NCBI RefSeq assembly: GCF_009914755.1
Contig: NC_060938.1
Source: the human T2T-CHM13v2.0 reference genome, Homo sapiens
DNA: 64,000 nucleotides
Strand: one strand, 5' to 3'
In this document: piece after piece, positions 23,951-38,539 of the stretch
Layout of the letters: the number at the start of each line of letters is the position of its first letter
Position numbering within the stretch: the stretch's first letter is position 1
Notes under the pieces: generated by a model
Database searches by the model: none
What the model was told of the DNA's origin: nothing
What the model saw: only the letters and a program-made list of their open reading frames with translations
Program-made: the position numbers and the translations under genes

Positions 23951-26394
23951 CTAGTTAGACTAGGTTCTGGGTATTATATTCGTTGGCTAAAGAAAAATAC
24001 TCCAAGGAATAAAATATCCTTTTCCTTTGTCTTTTTAAAGTAACTAAACTTTCTGCTATGCATCATTTTATCTGATTTGAAAAATTAAATGATGCTTAAG
24101 TCAAATGTCCAGCTTGGTCTATAAAACCAATTTATTAAAAATTTTCCATCATGTCTCTGGACTCTGTCTAGACATTGTAATAATTCGTTTGGTTTTATGA
24201 CATTAGAAATCCTTATCTTTGGTGTTTCTCTTAGTGCTCTGATATGTTTCACACCACATTTCCTACAAATCATTTCAGGCAGTGATCAAATTTGGACTTC
24301 AATTTAGATAAGTAATACTAGTGAAGTACTTATTTTTAGGCATCTGTCTAATATAGTCATATCCATATTATAGAGGTTAACGAATTGATGAAAATCTATA
24401 AATGCTTGCAAAATAAAATAAAATAAATGTTCAATAGAAAATACAGATCTATTATCTTAAAATATATTTCCATGCTAACTTTAGCTTCATATGTGATAGT
24501 GATAGCCCACATGTTTATTAATATATCTAATTATATAGTGACATGACATCCTTTCCAGACTAATTTACACTTGTTATTTTTGTTTTAATTTCAAATCAAT
24601 GCTTAGTATTGTTATTTTTAAGGTATATCTTTCAAAAACATCATTATGCAAATAAGTAGCTTTATTTAAACCACTTAAATTATACAGTAAGCACACTGTG
24701 ACATTTACAAGGGTTAATTTTCTGCTATTTTTCTTCTATATTATAACACATTCTTGGAAAAGGTAATTGCCTGCATACTGCAGTCATCATGAACCTACCA
24801 CCTATCCTGTAGGAGGGTGGAATATTTCATCAAATTTTAAGTGTGGAAGTTGTCTTCCTTTTAGTATTCATCAAAATATGTGCTCAATATTTTAGCTGCT
24901 CAACGATAATGAGAGTATTTTGGAAGCTTCCCTTAATTCTTTTATGTGCACAAAGCTCACTTGAAAGGACCTTAGAGTTCATATAGGTCAGCACTCTTAT
25001 TTCCCGATTAGGAAAGAAAAGCCTGAGGACATCAAATGACTTTGTCACAATCCTGTGGCTAGTTGTGGCTAAACGAGACCAAAGCCACTGGCCTATTGTT
25101 CTTTTCATTACTTGATGCTGTCTATTTAAACTATGTCTGTCATAGTTAAATTAGTGTTCTAAATAACTCCCAAACTAGACCCAGACCTAGACTAGGCTAG
25201 GGGTATAAAAAACTATTGAGAAACCATTAATAAAGCAGTTAGAGCACCATAAACTAGATTAAGAATGTAAGTAGCAGAATTGCTCCAAACTTAACCAAAC
25301 TTCACAATAGAATGTTGTCCCAGTTCATCATCCTACCTCCAGTACCTGCCAAATCCATGACATTTCACAATGATCAAAATAGTATTTTGAAATTTCTATT
25401 TACATTATGTTGTTTCTCTGCTTAAGAACCTACAATATCTCCCTATGACATTTCATAGAGTCCTAATCGCTGTGCATGGGTGGCATTTAGGCCCTCTGTC
25501 AAGGGTCCTCATGCTTACCATCCAACTAAAAGTCCCATTTCTCTGTAATATCAGGCTATCCTCAGTGAGAATGCAAAGAACCCTGAGATTTTAAGTGTCT
25601 TTGCTTATAATGTTCTCCCATCTAAGATTCCCATACCAATAATTGGACCCATGTTCCTGATACCTTCTTGGATTACTTATAAATGATTATCTTCTCTTTT
25701 CTTCCATGAGGTATGTATTTATTGCTTTGTGATTTTCCTTTCTCTCCACATTCAAACACGATAGTAAGCATCTCAGTGCCAGACTGAGCATCATTTTTGG
25801 CATCATCCCCATATCACATAATTCACAGCACAGAGGAGGTATTTATTTACTAATTGAGTTTTAGTTTCTATTTTAGCAACTATCACTATAATGACATCAA
25901 CTTCTTACTTTAGCAAAATATCAACTATTATGGCAGTGCATTTGCTTACTTTAAATATAAATGCAATTTGCAGTTTTATACCTGAAGCAAGACATCTCTG
26001 ATCCTCTGCCTTGTTGGTAAAAAACCTCAATTCATCATCCTTAAATTGTACTAAGGGTTAAGATCTCCTTTGCCCTGTAGAGTCAGCAATGAATTACAAT
26101 GTTAAAATATTGCATGAGACTCATATTCATCCAAATTTTCTTGAAGTAAACCAAATTTCATTATGTAAAATCTTTCCTAACACTAATCATATCAACTGTC
26201 TTAATCCGAGGACATTTTGGCTTTGGGTTGAAGAGGTCAGCCTAAAAGGGCAAAAGAGAGACATTCTTTTATCTTGTTAGAATATACTTTTGAAAGTTAA
26301 ACCAAATTCACTCTGGAGAAATAGTACAAATAAATTATTCTACAATGGCAACAACCAGGGGCATTTTAATCCTTTCACCTCATATATAGACTTT

Positions 26395-27050
26395 CAAGCG
26401 TATATTTATTGAGCAGCTGCTATAGCAGGCATGAGACTCTGTGCTGGGGATATGATGATTAATGCCATGAGCTGCACCTGCTAAAGGCTTACAGCCTACT
26501 GGGTTTGTCTAAATTATTTAAAATTATATGATAATTGAATAGGATAGACACTCTAACAGAAGAAAATGAAAAGTACTAAACAAAGACAAAGCAGACGATA
26601 GCTAAATCTGCCTGGGGGAGTCTAACAAGTTTCGCAAAGTCAGTGACATTTAACCTAAGTTTGGAGAGATGCTCTTGGGAGCAAAAGAGGAAGGAGATTT
26701 CAGAGAGAGAAAACAGTGTGCTCAAAGGCAAATCTGAAATATGCCTTTGTAATATGCCAGTGTCTATTGTGTTTCTGAAATAACCATGTAAAAATGTATC
26801 CCCTGTAGTTTATCATTTACTCCATACCTTGCCACTGTACAGCCTTATCAGCTTGCCACTATGTCTCAGACATAGGAGAGACACTGGAGAGGCCTGGGAA
26901 TGGATAATGGAGGAGAGATGCATTTTAGAGGTCTTGTTAGAAAGGACATGACAATTAACTGAATCTGAGGGTGAGGGAAAGAGTTAAGATGACACTGAAG
27001 TTTATACCCTGACTAGGTGAAAGATGACAATTTTTTATTTTAATAGGAGA
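26395..27050 (-). mobile_element. L2 fragments
   Basis: tatttattgagcagctgctatagcaggc...gtgctgggga (antisense L2 3' end) plus purine-rich L2 body. Confidence 0.55.
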
Positions 27051-27540
27051 TAGTTTCTTGATCGCCATGGAACTCACATTACCCACCGTTGGGGGAATCT
27101 TGAGATGAGGGGCCCTAAGCCCAATTCATTGGGGGTGGAGGGTTGTTGGCATGAGGGCTTAGATGAGAAATGTTTCTGATGAAGAAACTTTTTTCAGTAA
27201 TGGCGATGCTTCCTGAAAAACGTGCTGCTAATCAGGCATTTATGGTTTTGGTACAAGGAGCTTCCTCTCTGCTAAGAGCTTCAAGTAAGAGCCTGGTTTT
27301 TTAGTTAAATCTCTCAAATCCCTCACGCAGCTATTCTCTGGGAATTCAAGTCGCCACTGGCATGTTGCTACTCTTCCACACTAGGTCAATGTAACTTATG
27401 TTCTTGGTTAAGGTAACAGATCTGTTTAGTTAAGTAGTGTGGAGAGAAGGATGTTCACTGGTCCCTCTCCTAGAACCTCTAGTGAACAGCTCAGCAAACC
27501 ATGCTGTGCCAGCATTACTCATGTACTATTGATATTTTGA

Positions 27541-27577
27541 AGACAGACAGAGAGATAGAGAGACAGAGAAAGAGAAA

Positions 27578-27619
<42 letters not shown>

Positions 27620-27648
27620 CAGATAGACAGATAGAGACAGACAGACAG
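27541..27648. repeat. (GA)n/(GACA)n compound microsatellite
   Basis: Directly visible. Confidence 0.95.
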
Positions 27649-28147
27649 CCTATACCTTACTGTTCTCACATGGCCAAGAGTCAGTATGTATTACTTATAC
27701 CATTCTCTTAGCTGTCATTCTGTTTTGCTTGTAAAGCAAACATAACAATAATCAAACTTTCTTCCCAGCTTTCTATTGATTTAAGTGATCATACGCTTTC
27801 ATAAAACACTTCTCAGTTTTCTACAACATGTTACATTTAGCTAATCAGCATTGTCAATGATTGGTTTCTTCTGTTTATCTCAAAATGTTCAATGTAGCAC
27901 GTGTATAGTACTTCAAGGATATGGTGGCTTCCATTCTTTTCTTTCCTATCTGAGTTTCTGGTTTAATATATTACATGAGATCTCCCCCACCTCCCTTTTT
28001 CACAATGATATTCTAAACTGATTTTTATATATTTTTTGTGCATACAGTCCTAGTCCATATTACTCCTGTTGTTGACAACTCCATTGCCTAACATCTTCCT
28101 CATTAGCCTAGTTACATTACATGTTTTATTATCAAAAAATTTGACAG

Positions 28148-28449
28148 GGCCAGCTGTGGTGGCTTATGCCTGTAATCCCAGGACTTTGGGAGTCCGAGGC
28201 AGGCAGATCACCTGAGGTCAGGAGTTTGAGACCAGCCTGGCTAACATGGTGAAACCCAGTCTCTACTGGAAATACAAAAATTAGCCAGGTGTGGTGGTGG
28301 GTGCCTGTAGTCCTAGCTACTTGGGAGGCTGAAGCAGGAGAATTGCTTGAACCCAGGAGGCGGAGGTTGCAGTGAGACAAGATCCGAGATCTTGTCACTG
28401 CACTCCAGCCTAGGTGACAGAGAGATACTCTGTGGGGGGGAAAAAAAAA
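28148..28449 (+). mobile_element. AluSx-like
   Basis: Full dimer; G7 run before the A tail. Confidence 0.92.
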
Positions 28450-31400
28450 GGCAGGAAAAAAATATGAAGATTTGAAGAAGAAGGTGGAGAATTCAGTTTT
28501 GGATGCTGATGGTGAGTTCACCAATAGTTGACAAGTTGTTGCTGGACATTAAGTTTTAGAGCTTTCAATGGTAGTTGATGCTACATAGAATAGAGGAGAG
28601 TTCTATAGGAGAGCATGTAGAGTGAGAATAAGTTATGATAGAACCATGATAAATATGTATTCTTAACTAGAGAAGCTAAAGAAAGAGACTTAGTGCGATT
28701 ATAAAGTCAGAGAGGTAGAAGGAGAACAAAGAAAATGAGGTGCTTTAGAAGTTACATGAGTAGACAGCCGAGCACAGTGGACTGTCCAAAAATATTACAT
28801 ACCATGGAGTTGTCAGTTAGGAGCAGCACAGACAAAAGGTCATTGCCTTTGGGAATTAAGGCAGCATTAGTGAATTTTGACTGAGCAATGGCTGCAGAGA
28901 ATTGGAGTCAAAAGATGAACGATGTGTGGTTTGACTGAGGAAAAAGATCTCAGTAGGTCAAATCAAGCTTGAAGCAAATAGTAAAACTGCTATTTAGGCT
29001 TACTCATATGTAAAAAGGAGTGATAAGTGAAAAACTGAATATTTCAACAATATTGTACCAGCATTTTAGGACTGCAAAGAATAATTACTTTAATCATAAG
29101 AAACAACAACTCATCATGTTTGTACTTCTAGCACAACTGCAACTTTTTGCCACTACAATATTATTTTCTAGTATCCTTCCACATTCTTAAAAAATAAATT
29201 TCTCTAAAAGGCCACTTTCTTTCTTTTCTTTTTTCCCTCTCTTTCTGTTAGTTTTTTTTTTTTTTTTTTTACAAATTCAACTCTGTCAACTTCAGGACCA
29301 CATATGAGGGAATCTCTCAAAGCTGTTTAATATCTTCTGTAAAACAATCAAGGCTAATCCTCACAGCATTTAAATATGCTACAGCATATAAATAAGCTTA
29401 GTGTGTCCCATTAAAAAAAAAAACAGAGACAAAAGAGCAACATTTATCCTCCCATCAACAGGACTCCTCTTGTCTTTCCTTTACTGTCTAGTGATTAGAA
29501 ATAATGATAACACATTCACAGCCATCCTTGGCATGTGCTTTGCCCTCCTCTGTCTACTACAGTCTGGCTCTGCCTATCATTTGTATTTCTAAAAGAACAG
29601 GGCAGGAAAATAGAAGACCACTTTGGTAAATCGCTATTTCTTTTTTTGGTCATTATTGTGATCATTTGCTCTCCTTCAGCCTTAGCTTACTTGCTTTTAC
29701 TTCTATGCAAAGATCTTTGAAATTACATACTTGTCCTATACTATAACACAATAAAGACTATTCTTTTATCCCACTGCCATACTCCCTGCACCCATGAACA
29801 TAAACACATATCCAAACATGCACATAAGCTAAATGTTCAACTTGTATATCTATTCAATAATTTCTTCAAAAAATGGTTAAAATCTTTCTGTAATTGTCAT
29901 TTATGTAATCCCAAATAGAAAAATATTCTGATACATAAACAACATATATATTATTTTAAGTCAGACTGCAGATCATTTTATTTGTTTGATTCCATTGGTT
30001 ATTTTAAACTAACTACAATATCCACATCAATGTAAACTTATTTCTGCACTCCCTCTACCAACCTCCCACCGCCATGTTTGGTTAACATTGTATTCCTGTC
30101 CACTAGAGATAAATATTTTTTTGTCCTTAATTTGATGAGTTGTAAAGTGAAAGTAGTAAGATCCTATTGATATACTGGATTTAATCAAGAGAAGGTTATA
30201 TCTTTCTCATATGACTTTAGTTGAAAGGCCTTGATTATTAAAGGTTTTTAATATTTTGTATTATTTCCTTAGTACATGTTGGGTAGCATTGTTATAAAGT
30301 AACTGAACCACTCTAAGAGACTTTACAAAGCCCAAAGTAAGGCAATTAAATTAAATCCAGAAGCTTCTGGCTTCAGATGGCAATTATTAATGTTTGCTAA
30401 ATAATAAAAGTTGACATAATTTTTTAGGTTGATGTTAACCAAGAATTTAAAGAAAAAACTTTAAACATTTAATTTAAGTTAAATTTTAATTTAATTTGTT
30501 ATTTAAAGTCAAATTACTTGTTTATGTGCAGTATATGGTATACTATTTTGAAAGACAGATGAAAGTTTGTCATCAAAAGAGAGCAATGACATTCAATAAC
30601 AATTTAAACTTACATTAAATGTACATTAAATTTTAATGGTAAACAAAAAATAAATTATGTAATTTAAATTCTAATGGTAAGACAATGATAAAAAGCAATC
30701 ATATTTTCTGTGTAAAAACTATCTTGTTTGACAAGTATTAACTTTATAAAAAATTGAATACAAAATTGCAAAATATTATTCTGAATTATCTTCCACAAAA
30801 CAACAAGTGTCCTATTTTTTAAAACAAAGCAATATCAATTCTAAAAATGTTATTTCATGAAGATTTACACATTTGCAGCTTCAGATTTCATCAGGATTAC
30901 CTTTATTTGTTTTCACCTAGAAGAGTTCCCTATTAGCATCTAAGCCTAAAACTTCAAAAACCCTTGCATGTTTTAGAGATGAAAAAAAAAGTTACACTGA
31001 ATCTAAGGTTCATAACATTCTTTTCAAATACAGCATTTGACAACTTCTGACAAGTATGCCAGAGAAGAACCATGGGCCATCAAGTCTAGGCAGTCACGCA
31101 TAGCCATCGGTCATCCATGTTCCCTGTCTCTACCTGGCTGTTCCCGCCCTAAGTCCCTCACTATGTTCTTCCCAGTAGATTTGACCTGAACCTGGGAGAT
31201 ATTTGAAAATCCATCAAATATCTAACTAATCTCATGTTGCTCAAACGACTTGTATAAACTAAGTGGAATACCCCAACTTGAAGGTAAATATTGTAGGGAA
31301 CTAAGCTTTCCTCTTCTTTGGTATGAATGTAACATCACATAATGAATATATATATATATGTTCCTTTTTTTATATTGGATCCTATGCTACATCCTGAATT

Positions 31401-33288
31401 GTCTCCCACTAAAGGTTAAATTAGATATTTACCAAATCAGTAAATTTTAGACCAAAAACCCCATAAATATTCCAGAAATCTTGGCAACTAGGTCATAGAG
31501 TATAAAACAAACAAACAAACAAGAAAGCTGAGATAAAAACAATGGAGCTTACCTCTTGCCTTTATGGTACCACTTTTTATAGGTTTTGAAATTTGTACAA
31601 GAATATAGTAAAAGTGGGAGAGAAGCTATTATAACACTGCAGGAAAGGATGGCATTTAATCCTTAAAATCTTTGATCAGGTCTTTCCCTCCAAATCAAAC
31701 TTGTGAAATGGCATCCTGTTAATAGTGTCAGAAGCCATATATCATGTGGGCAATGAACTCTTCAAGGTTCTTTGAACCAAATCTTCCTTGCCTCTTATAA
31801 ATTATCACAGCACCTTAAGAGATCAGGACTCCTAAAGGCAGAGGTACTAATGACATCATTTTTAATCTCTGTAGACTGAAATGTATACTTAAATCCTTCT
31901 CTAAAATTAAGGGCTCTTCAGTTTTCTTGGAAACATCCACAAAGCCCCAGCAAATACTAACCAAAATGAAATTAGTCTTATCATTGTGCTCCAACCTTAA
32001 GCATAAATTGGGTAATTAGAGAGAGACGTTATTTCTTCCAGCCTAACTCATCAAGAAAACAAATAAAATTTACTGTGAAATATGACAACAATGAAAACTT
32101 CAATTTGCTTTTCCAAGAGTAGCAATAGTAGGCAGAGAATTGTGAGGATCTGGCCTGCCAATGTCCCCACTGTTTCTCTCCATTGAGAAATCACTGCCAC
32201 TGCCTGTGACTAGCCCCATGGACAAGTTTCTTAGCCTGTCAAAAAAAAACATCTTGGATCCCAGGAGACAGAGATCAGTGAGATAATGGAACATACCCCA
32301 AGTCTGGCTCTTTTCTCCTTCTACAAAAGGCAGAAGAACAGTTTACCACAAGGTAGAAATGATTCAGACTCCACTGGGGCAATACCCTCATGGACTGTAA
32401 ACTTAGTAAATATCAAGCACCTGTGTAATTCATGTTATTTTTTGATGATCTATAGTCCTCTCTAAAACCCTGAAGATCATGTGTTTTTTATTTCCATTTG
32501 AACAAAATTAATATCCCCAGTGAAGGTTTGTGAATTGCCAAAGCTTAGTTTTGATGCCAATTCTGCCTTATGCTAGAAACACATTTTGTGATTTTTTATA
32601 TATATTATAATTTCATTTTACCCTGCTGCATTCCCATTTTTAAAAGTCTAGACATTCCTTTGTGTCTTTGGGGATTTGGGGAGCAAGAATAGAATACAGA
32701 AAAAGAAATATAAATAATTTATACTCTGATAAAAAAGATACTCTTATTAAGTTAATTGGTGCCATGAGAATCTAAAGTAAAAACATTTGTCTAAACCATA
32801 CAATGTGAAACATAAGCAATTATTAGTACATATTACAATTCAGCTCCTAATTTTTAAAATATTAGGCTTTGACAATCTCATAGATTTATATATAGGAGCT
32901 GAATTATCCAAAATTTCTGCTCAAAAAATTCAATTTTCATTTATTTGAGGATGGAGTTCTGAAATTCGCTCTGTAAGTATGTATCTCAGTGATTCACATA
33001 TGTGGCAATGTGGCATGGTACTTCCCAGGAACCTTCTTATATCTGCCATCTTCCAGATTACCTGTAACCTCAGGCTCCCAGGGCTGAGCCTCACACTCTG
33101 GCCTCTCCACAAGCACTTTTACCATTTTGGCTTGCCATAGAGCAAGACCCTACTTTCAGTGGTAAAGAGAATATACTTCATTCTCCTGAATAAATTAATA
33201 AACACCTCTTCTAAGAAGTGTCATTAATAATGTTAGAGTTTGTTAATAAAATAAACAATATAGGAAATTTGCATTGTCATGACAGTCC

Positions 33289-33579
33289 TTTTTGTTTTTT
33301 AAGGCAGTGGCACCATCACAAATCACCGTAACCTGTAACCTTCTGAGCTGAAAGGATCTTCCCATCTCAACCTCCTGAGCAGCTAGGACTACAAGGTCAT
33401 GCCACCATGCCCAGCTAGTTTTTAGTTTTTTTTTTGTTTTGTTTTTTTTTTTTTTTTTTTGTAGAGATAGGGTATTTCCATGCTGCCCAGGCTGGTCTTG
33501 AACTCCTAGCCTCATATGATCCTCCCACCTCTGCCTCCTGAAATGCTGGAATTTCAGGCATGAGCCACCATGCCTGGCC
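33289..33579 (-). mobile_element. AluJ, partially deleted
   Basis: Expanded T-rich linker, cccaggctggtcttgaactcct...gagccaccatgcctggcc. Confidence 0.88.
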
Positions 33580-34022
33580 TATCACAGAACCTTAGAATCT
33601 TAATAATAATGGAAAATCAAATGGATGACTCACAACACTTAAATATACAAGATTTTTAAATTTAATTATATATATACATATATATATATATATATAAACC
33701 TATTTTCTCTAATACAAACTGCTAATTAATATTTCCCTGCCGTTTTTAAACTAATGAAGAAATATTAATACATAAAAAGTAACTAAGCATTATTTGTAGC
33801 CATACTCTCTCATTGTTAAATGTAAAATTATTTTGCTTAGATTCTCACACCAAAATTTGCACAACTTTAATTTTAAATGTTATCTTGGAAATTATTCTAT
33901 TTTAACCCCGAAGAAGTGATGAGATCATGTTTTTGTTAGATGTCAAACCAAATAAGCTATTTAGACTTTAACTAATCTAAGCTGTAAAACACATGGATCG
34001 GTGCCTTTCAAAATGTACTTTC

Positions 34023-34349
34023 TTTTTATTTTACTTTTTAAAATAAGGTAAGGTCTGGCTCTGTCACTCAGGCTGGAATGGAGTGACACTACCTTGGCTC
34101 ACTGCAGACTTAACCTCCCAGGCTCAAGCAATCCTCCCGCCTCAGCCTCCCAAGTAGCTGAGGACACAGGCACAAGCCACTATGACTGGCTAATTTCTTC
34201 TTCCTCTTTTGTTTTGTTTTGTTTTGTTTTGTAGAGATGGGGTCTCATTGTTATTACCCAGGCTGGTCTCAAACACTTGGGCTCAAGCAACTCTCCTGCC
34301 TCTGCCTCCCCATATACTGGGATTATAGGCATGAGCCACCATGCCCAAC
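34023..34349 (-). mobile_element. AluJ
   Basis: Full dimer; perfect 15-bp TSD TCAAAATGTACTTTC (34008-34022, 34350-34364). Confidence 0.92.
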
Positions 34350-34844
34350 TCAAAATGTACTTTCAAAAACAAGTGGTCTATACATGTTCAATGTTGTTCT
34401 ATCTAAATTATTTTAAAAGAAATTTACATAATTCAATAATTTGTTTTTGCCTGAGATATTAGTAAATGTAATAAGTAAAATAATGAATTGGTTACCCTAA
34501 AGCTGGAGTAAGTGTGAAGAAATATATACCTCCATACTTACTGGATGGAGTCAGTACAGTTGTGGGGGGAAGCAGTTTGTCAATGTTGATCCAAATATGA
34601 AATATACTTAACTTTTGGTCCATCTCTAAAAAAATTACTGTAAGACGACAAATTGCCAAAAGATACATATACAAGTATGCCCACCATAATATTTATATTG
34701 GGAGAAACTGTCAATAACAGCATATATGGAAAAATATACACTTGTAACTCCAAATATTACATTGGCATGGAAAAATATTGACATTATTTGATTTTTAAAA
34801 ACACAGTTTGAGAAGAGTGTGAAGTGTATAGAGATTGAGTAAGC

Positions 34845-34995
34845 ACTGTGGTTTTTCAGCAAGAGCTCTAAACTTAACTGTGTCACACTGGGCAAATGGT
34901 TTGACCTTTCTGTGCCTCTGTTTCTGTATCTGTAAAGCTGATTAATAATTTAACCTTCCACAAAAGATTTTATGAGGATGTGATCATTAATGCTT
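34845..34995 (+). mobile_element. MIR
   Basis: ctgtgtcacactgggcaaatggtttgacctttctgtgcctctgtttctgtatctgtaaa. Confidence 0.75.
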
Positions 34996-35153
34996 AATGG
35001 AACCATTTCCCACCCATAGTGTGCTGGCCGCAGGTGTACACCATTAATATTTTCTAGTTTATGTGTAAACTTAGTACATACACAGATAGTATGTACACAT
35101 AAGAGTTCTCTAAAAAGATGTTCTCAAAATTTTTTTCTTAAAACATAATTTTT

Positions 35154-35439
35154 CAGGCACAGTGGCTCACGCCTGTAATCTCGCACTTTTGGAAGCTGAG
35201 GCAGGAGGATAACTTAAAGCCAGGAGTTTGAGACAACCCTGCACAATATAGCAGGACCTTATCTCGACAAAAGAAAAATAAATTAGCTGGGCTTGGTGGC
35301 ATGAGCCTGTATCCCTAGCTACTTGTGAGGCTTAGGTGGGAGGGTCCCTTGAGTCCAGGAGGTCGAGGCAGCAGTGAGCTATAATTGCACCATTACACTC
35401 CAACTTGGGTGACAGCAAGATTCTGTCTCAAAAAAAAAA
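35154..35439 (+). mobile_element. AluJ
   Basis: Dimer with cttgagtccaggaggtcgaggcagcagtgagctataat. Confidence 0.9.
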
Positions 35440-36672
35440 GTGATAACAGAGATAATCATACAAGAGGGAAAAGATATGAACAAGTATAATCATTAAAGTG
35501 GTTTTATTTTTTAAATGATTGGTAAAATTATAAATATCAAGCCATAAAGCATTGGATTAATAAAGTGTGAAAAATCCATAAATAGATTACAATATGACCA
35601 ATACAAAAATGGTATAGTTTATTGACATGACGAGAAATCCATAATATATTGCTAAGAATAATGTGCATAGTATGACCCCATTAATGTACTATTGCATATT
35701 GTGTACCTAGAGACTTGTCTAGAGGGACGTTAACTAGAATGTTAACAATGATGATGCTTGGAAAAGTTAATTTTCTGATATCTTTGCTTTTTGCTTAATA
35801 TGGTACTGTATTTTTCAATTTTTTTGTACAATGAGCACATTTTTTCCCCCAGAGCTAATATAATGATTCTGTAGTTTATTTCTAAGTTTATTTCTAAGCT
35901 AAGCTCTATCTCCCTGACTATAATACTTTTTCTACTTCTACTTTACAGTTACCCTGGTTCTCTTAATCCAGATGGATAAAGGAAACACTTATCTATCTGG
36001 ATCCACTATATTTTTCTCTGTGAACTTCCAGACATTTTTTATTGACTTAGAATCTTCTGACTTGTCTTAAATTTTGTTTCTGGCCTTCAGAAAGCTCACC
36101 CTCTTCTTTGCCCTACCAAGTCTGCCTGAAGCAAAACCAACACCTCTATTTATAACTTCTAAAAAGTTTGCCTTTTTCACTTATTGTGTTACTGTAAGTG
36201 ACTTTCTTGGCAGGGTCTCAGTAGGCATCACGTGGTATAAATCTTGGGTCATCATTGGAGCATAACAAGTATTTGTCATTTTCCAAGATGCCAGTGTAGA
36301 TTTTTGCTTTTCCTCCTCCCACATTCCTTAATGAAACTCAACAGCTTCTTGCACTCTTCCAATCTCATTTGAATTCTTTTCAATTCATTTGTGTAGCAAA
36401 TAAGACAATACATAAAAATCCAAGGAATGACCAAGCTCATTAAGGTTTAGGTCACCGTCTCTGTCAACTTGGCAAGGCCACTTTTAGTGGCCCACTGTCC
36501 TAAGGATTTATCTCCCAAATACCAACATTACAATTTTACAATATCAACATAATTTAGAGCAGTAACTAAAACAGTCAAAATTTAAAGCAAAGAAAAAAAA
36601 GCAATGTTATTCTTTCAATAATAATTTTCTGCCACAAGTTTTTTTTTTTCACATCTGCCTAATGGTATTGGC

Positions 36673-36703
<31 letters not shown>

Positions 36704-38539
36704 AAACAAAAAAAACTTTCCTCTAGTTATAAAGTCTCCAATGATAAAAGAGTTAAATCTTCCCAATGTTGCTAATTTATTGTGATGTGTGTGAAGTTGG
36801 ATTTGCTGAGTTGGAAATGCTAGCATAATCTAAGGTAATCTCCTTTTCCTCATTTATATAATGGGGATGATATGGCTTTCTACCTCATACTGTTGTAGCA
36901 CTCATGTTATATAATTCATATCTAGGACTTACCATACTTTCTGGCTCATGGCATTAACCATTCAAATTTTTAGTTTTTGTTGAGAGTCTGAAATCTCCAT
37001 GTATGGAGCAAACATGTGAAAAGTAATATTATTGCTCATTACTAAAAAACATTACATTTTCTTCTCAATAATTTCTACAAAATCCAAAGAAACCAAAAAT
37101 AAGTACATTTGTAAAAATAAACCGCAACTTTATGTATATTGCCCATGTAAAGAAATGATCAAAATTGTCAACAAATCTAAAGTTCTCTTTTTGAGGTCAG
37201 TTCATCAAATAAATGAAGGAAAATTATTGCTGAAAATTTCAACTGAAACTGGGCTTTTCAAAAATAAACATGGAAAATAACTTGTTTAATTAAGTACTAT
37301 TTCATTTACTTAATATCACAAACAACTTAAATATATAAAAATAAGGAAATATCTAATAACTAACTAGCAGGCTTATCAAGAGAGAAGCAATTCTGGTAGG
37401 CTTCTGTCTAATCAATCACTAGAATCAGCATTTTTAGAAATAACATTTTAATATTTAGAATGCAAAGTATGTATTTGATTCCCTATTATAATCTCAAAAG
37501 GAGCCAAATATTTGTAGAAAATTAAAAGAAATATCCAAACAAGCTATTATAAAATGGCATTTTCCATACTGAAATTTCAATACCTAAAATGAATAGTCAA
37601 AAAGTGACATAAACCAGAAATGTCATTATGCAGATGAAGCCTCTATTTTAATTAATGGTTGAGAATGAGAGAACTGAGGGTCTAATTCCAGAGCTATTTT
37701 GACATATATCAAACTTCCCTTAATTTACACTGAAAGGCCTTTTTGACAAGTTCTCATGTCGATAAGCTCCTATTAGCTACCAGTACCTTAAAGTGGTGTT
37801 TTGTCACTGACCTACATTAGTATATCAAACTATGACAGCAAATTAATGGTTACACATGATCCTAATTCAGATTACAGTCTCTAGCCAAACATTTAGAAGA
37901 GCACCTCAGTAACAATGAAATACAAATATTTCTGCGCCTACATTACTCATTTGATAAGTGACACTAAAGAAAAGATAAATACAATAATAAATAGCTGTAC
38001 AGGTACTCAAAATCTTTTTTTAGTTAGGATTTAGTGCAAAGATCACATAATTCAATTCTGGAAATAAACTTCCTCTTTAAATAAACAGAGAAGTAATCAT
38101 TAATTTTGAGAAACCTAAGGACTGTCTTGCACATGATATATGTGTGTATATTTATGAAAACCTCAAATCAAAAATACTTACTTATGTCATGATATTTGTT
38201 TTGAATTATTTTGTATCTTCTTGAGATGGAGACTGCTGACAATGTGCTGTGAAGCTAAGGGCATTTATACCTTTTTTTTGGAAGAGTTTACCTAAAGCTC
38301 TGATTATATCTTTTCAAGAAAAGCTTCCTGTAATGCTAGTCAACACTAAATAAGCCTTCCCCTAGAAAGATCATGTTCTCCCATTAGTGATTTATATGGG
38401 GAGAGGACCTAGGGCTCATCCCAATTTGGTTGTATAGGGAAAAGAGTAAAAAACCACAAGACTGTCCCTATGCTGCTCTAGCTTTTTCTCATCCATTCTT
38501 ACCTGGAGAACACATACATCACGTTTAGAATGGCCCAGT

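Noticed and set aside
35966-36002. 14-bp hairpin ATCCAGATGGATAA / TTATCTATCTGGAT (one G-T pair)
   Set aside because: Too short for a pre-miRNA, and plausibly chance in AT-rich sequence of this length.
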